From NCBI GenBank assembly GCA_024679065.1, contig JAGIQG010000006.1, positions 124,124,001-124,188,000 on the forward strand: a DNA stretch of 64,000 bases. Direction: 5' to 3'. This DNA comes from Sphyrna mokarran. Its lineage: Eukaryota. The translations under genes were made by a program, and so were the position numbers. Under the pieces are notes generated by a model, which worked only from the letters and a program-made list of their open reading frames with translations, searched no databases and was not told the DNA's origin. Each line of letters begins with the position of its first letter. The stretch's first letter is position 1. Shown here piece after piece: positions 61,701 through 64,000 of the stretch.

Positions 61701-62489
61701 GGTCATTAACACAAGATAGTTACTAATATGTCAAATATGGAAATGCAGAGAAATTCCTTGACTGAGTGAGTGGTTAGAATATGAAATTTGTTACTTCTGA
61801 AACTAGTTGAGGAAAATAGCTTTCAAAAGGAAACAAGACAAAAAAAAGGAGCAGAAGGAATAGTAGCTGAAATGAGTTAGACTGAACAGGAGGAAAATTG
61901 AATAGAGAACTAACACCAGTATAGACTAATTGTGTTTGATAGTCTCTATCTATACAATTCAATGTAGTTCTACGGAATACCATTATCTTTACATCGTGAG
62001 GTCTGCAGGGAGATCAAAATTGGCATTAATAAATATTATATATTTGCATTTAACCTTGTACAACATTTTTATAAACCATTGTGCACAATCATCTACCATT
62101 CAACAGAACACGTGAGTTGAGAAAGAAACTACAAATAATAAATTAAAGCATTTATAATAATGAACAACAGCAACGGTTAGTCCGCATTTTATTTATTTAC
62201 AGCAAAAAGGAAAAACGAAAAGGCAGCATTTATGCAGCGCCCTACAGAGCCTGCAAAGTCCAAGAGCACTTTACATCTGATGAGTTACTTATGAACTGCA
62301 GATATAGTATGCAGGCAAATATAGAAACTAATTTTGTGCAGGGCAGCTATCACACACTGAAAATCAGAATCAGTATGTGGTGTTAAATGAGGGAGGATTT
62401 TGTGCAGTTTATCTGCGATTTTTTGAATAATGCAATAGGGTTTGTTACCTCTACCTAAACAGAGGAACGAGAACTATATTTTTAAAAAA

Positions 62490-62980
62490 ATCTATTCAAG
62501 GGATGGGAGCTTTGCTGACTAGGCCAGCATTTATTACACATCCCTAACTGCTCTTGAGAAGGTGGTGGTGAGCTGCCTTCTTAAAACGCTGCAGCTCATG
62601 TTCTTAAGTACATCCATAGTGCTGTTAGGGAAAGACCCAGCAACAGTGAAGGAATGGCAAATATCTGCAAGTCCAGACGGTGAATAGCTTGGAAGGGAAC
62701 TTCCATGTATCTGCTGCCCACACCCTTCTGGAAGACAGTGGTCTTAGGCTTGCAAGATGCTGCGTTTGTCAGTTTCTGCAGCACATCAAGGATGATATCA
62801 AGCTTCTTGAGTGCTGTTGAAGCTGCACTCCTCCAGGCAGGTGGAGAGTATTTCATCACCTTGTTGACAGGTTTTGGGAAGTCAGAAGTGAGTTAATTGC
62901 TTCAGGATTCCAAATCTCTGGTCCTCTCTTGTAGCCACCGTTCAGTTGTCCAGTTCAGTTTCTGGTAACCTCCAGTCTCT
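62490..62980 (-). mobile_element. 3' fragment of the 17688-type LINE
   Basis: ORF MMKYSPPAWRSAASTALKKLD matches VMEYSPLAWMNAVPTTLKKLD at 18361; same tail. Confidence 0.7.
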
Positions 62981-64000
62981 TTATGAGCAATACGTACTCA
63001 GATGGGCAGCATCACTGACAGTGCAGCATTCCTCAGTATTGCACACGGTGTGAGCCATGATTAGAGGAACCAGTTATAACAAAACACAAGTACTATCAAT
63101 AACTTCTTTCTTATGAATGATGTAGATTTACAGCAACAACTATAATTTTACATTTAGCCGGTGAGGCCGGATAATTACTCCAGCATTAGCAAGTGTATCA
63201 CTGTGATGCCTCTTTCACAAGTGTGATTTGGGCAATTGTTAATTCCATGGTCTGTTCTGGGTGACCACGATCACATGCCGGAGAGGTTTTAATTTTATAA
63301 TTTATTAAACCAAGCTGACATTTTGAAGGGCTTTTTGGATAAAATTTAAATAGAGTTAAAAAAAACATACATTGATAGATGATGTAAAAGAATTCTACCT
63401 ATTTAGTGGCTAAGGGTGCAGAGTTAGTAAATCTGAAAACTCTGTTAAAAATGGGCTTTAAAAAGCTATTTCCTGTAGGCAGAAAGGTAATTGTGAAGAA
63501 ATTTTTTTTTACATAAAACTTCACACAATTTTTGTGATCCAAAACACTGTGCATTCTCTCACAATTTTCTTGTTAACTAAAAGATGAAGATTCGCCAGCA
63601 ATGTGCAGCACATTACAGGAATTGGATTTTCAACCATTTAGATAAAAGATTTTATTTAATATTTGGTTCAGATACAAAGACCTTGTCCTTTATCATCTTT
63701 TCATCTTCCCTCTTAAACCAATCTGATACTGAGAAGCAGCAGCATAGCCAGAAATCAGGAGATGCTGAAGAATACAGCCTGAGGATTAAGGTAAGAACAG
63801 AAGACAGGAATTGGAAAGGTCAGGAGCAGGAGAAGATGGGCTGAGGGTGATGACAGGAGCACTAAGGGGAATGTCATGAGAACACACAGTCAATAGAAGA
63901 GGAAAACAAAGTCTGTGGCAGTTGATATTAAAGGGAAACTGACAACAACAAATATACTGACATTACTTTAACAATGTTCAACCGAAACAGCATTAAGTGA

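Noticed and set aside
1-64000. Prokaryotic systems (operons, CRISPR arrays, retrons, terminators)
   Set aside because: Spliceosomal exon-intron structure and vertebrate SINEs/LINEs throughout; repeats are dispersed, not regularly spaced with unique spacers.

Overview
Eukaryotic intron-rich DNA, almost certainly from a shark (inferred from HE1/V-SINE and Deu-SINE repeats), not a prokaryote. The whole window lies inside one minus-strand gene, ECPAS (ECM29/KIAA0368, HEAT-repeat proteasome adaptor). I resolved 36 consecutive internal coding exons (60759 down to 7024; 3923 nt, about 1307 codons). All introns are GT-AG and all phases are compatible; the first and last exons lie outside the window. 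Introns hold about 35 HE1-like tRNA SINE copies with two different 3' tails, CR1, Rex/Babar and L2-like LINE relics, Deu-SINEs, Penelope-like relics and TIR elements. The most unusual signal is a set of small non-coding fold-back insertions whose arms carry minimal hammerhead-ribozyme motifs; two are flanked by clean 11-12 bp target-site duplications. Exon coordinates were read base by base. Repeat boundaries are approximate, and family names come from recalled motifs, not database searches.
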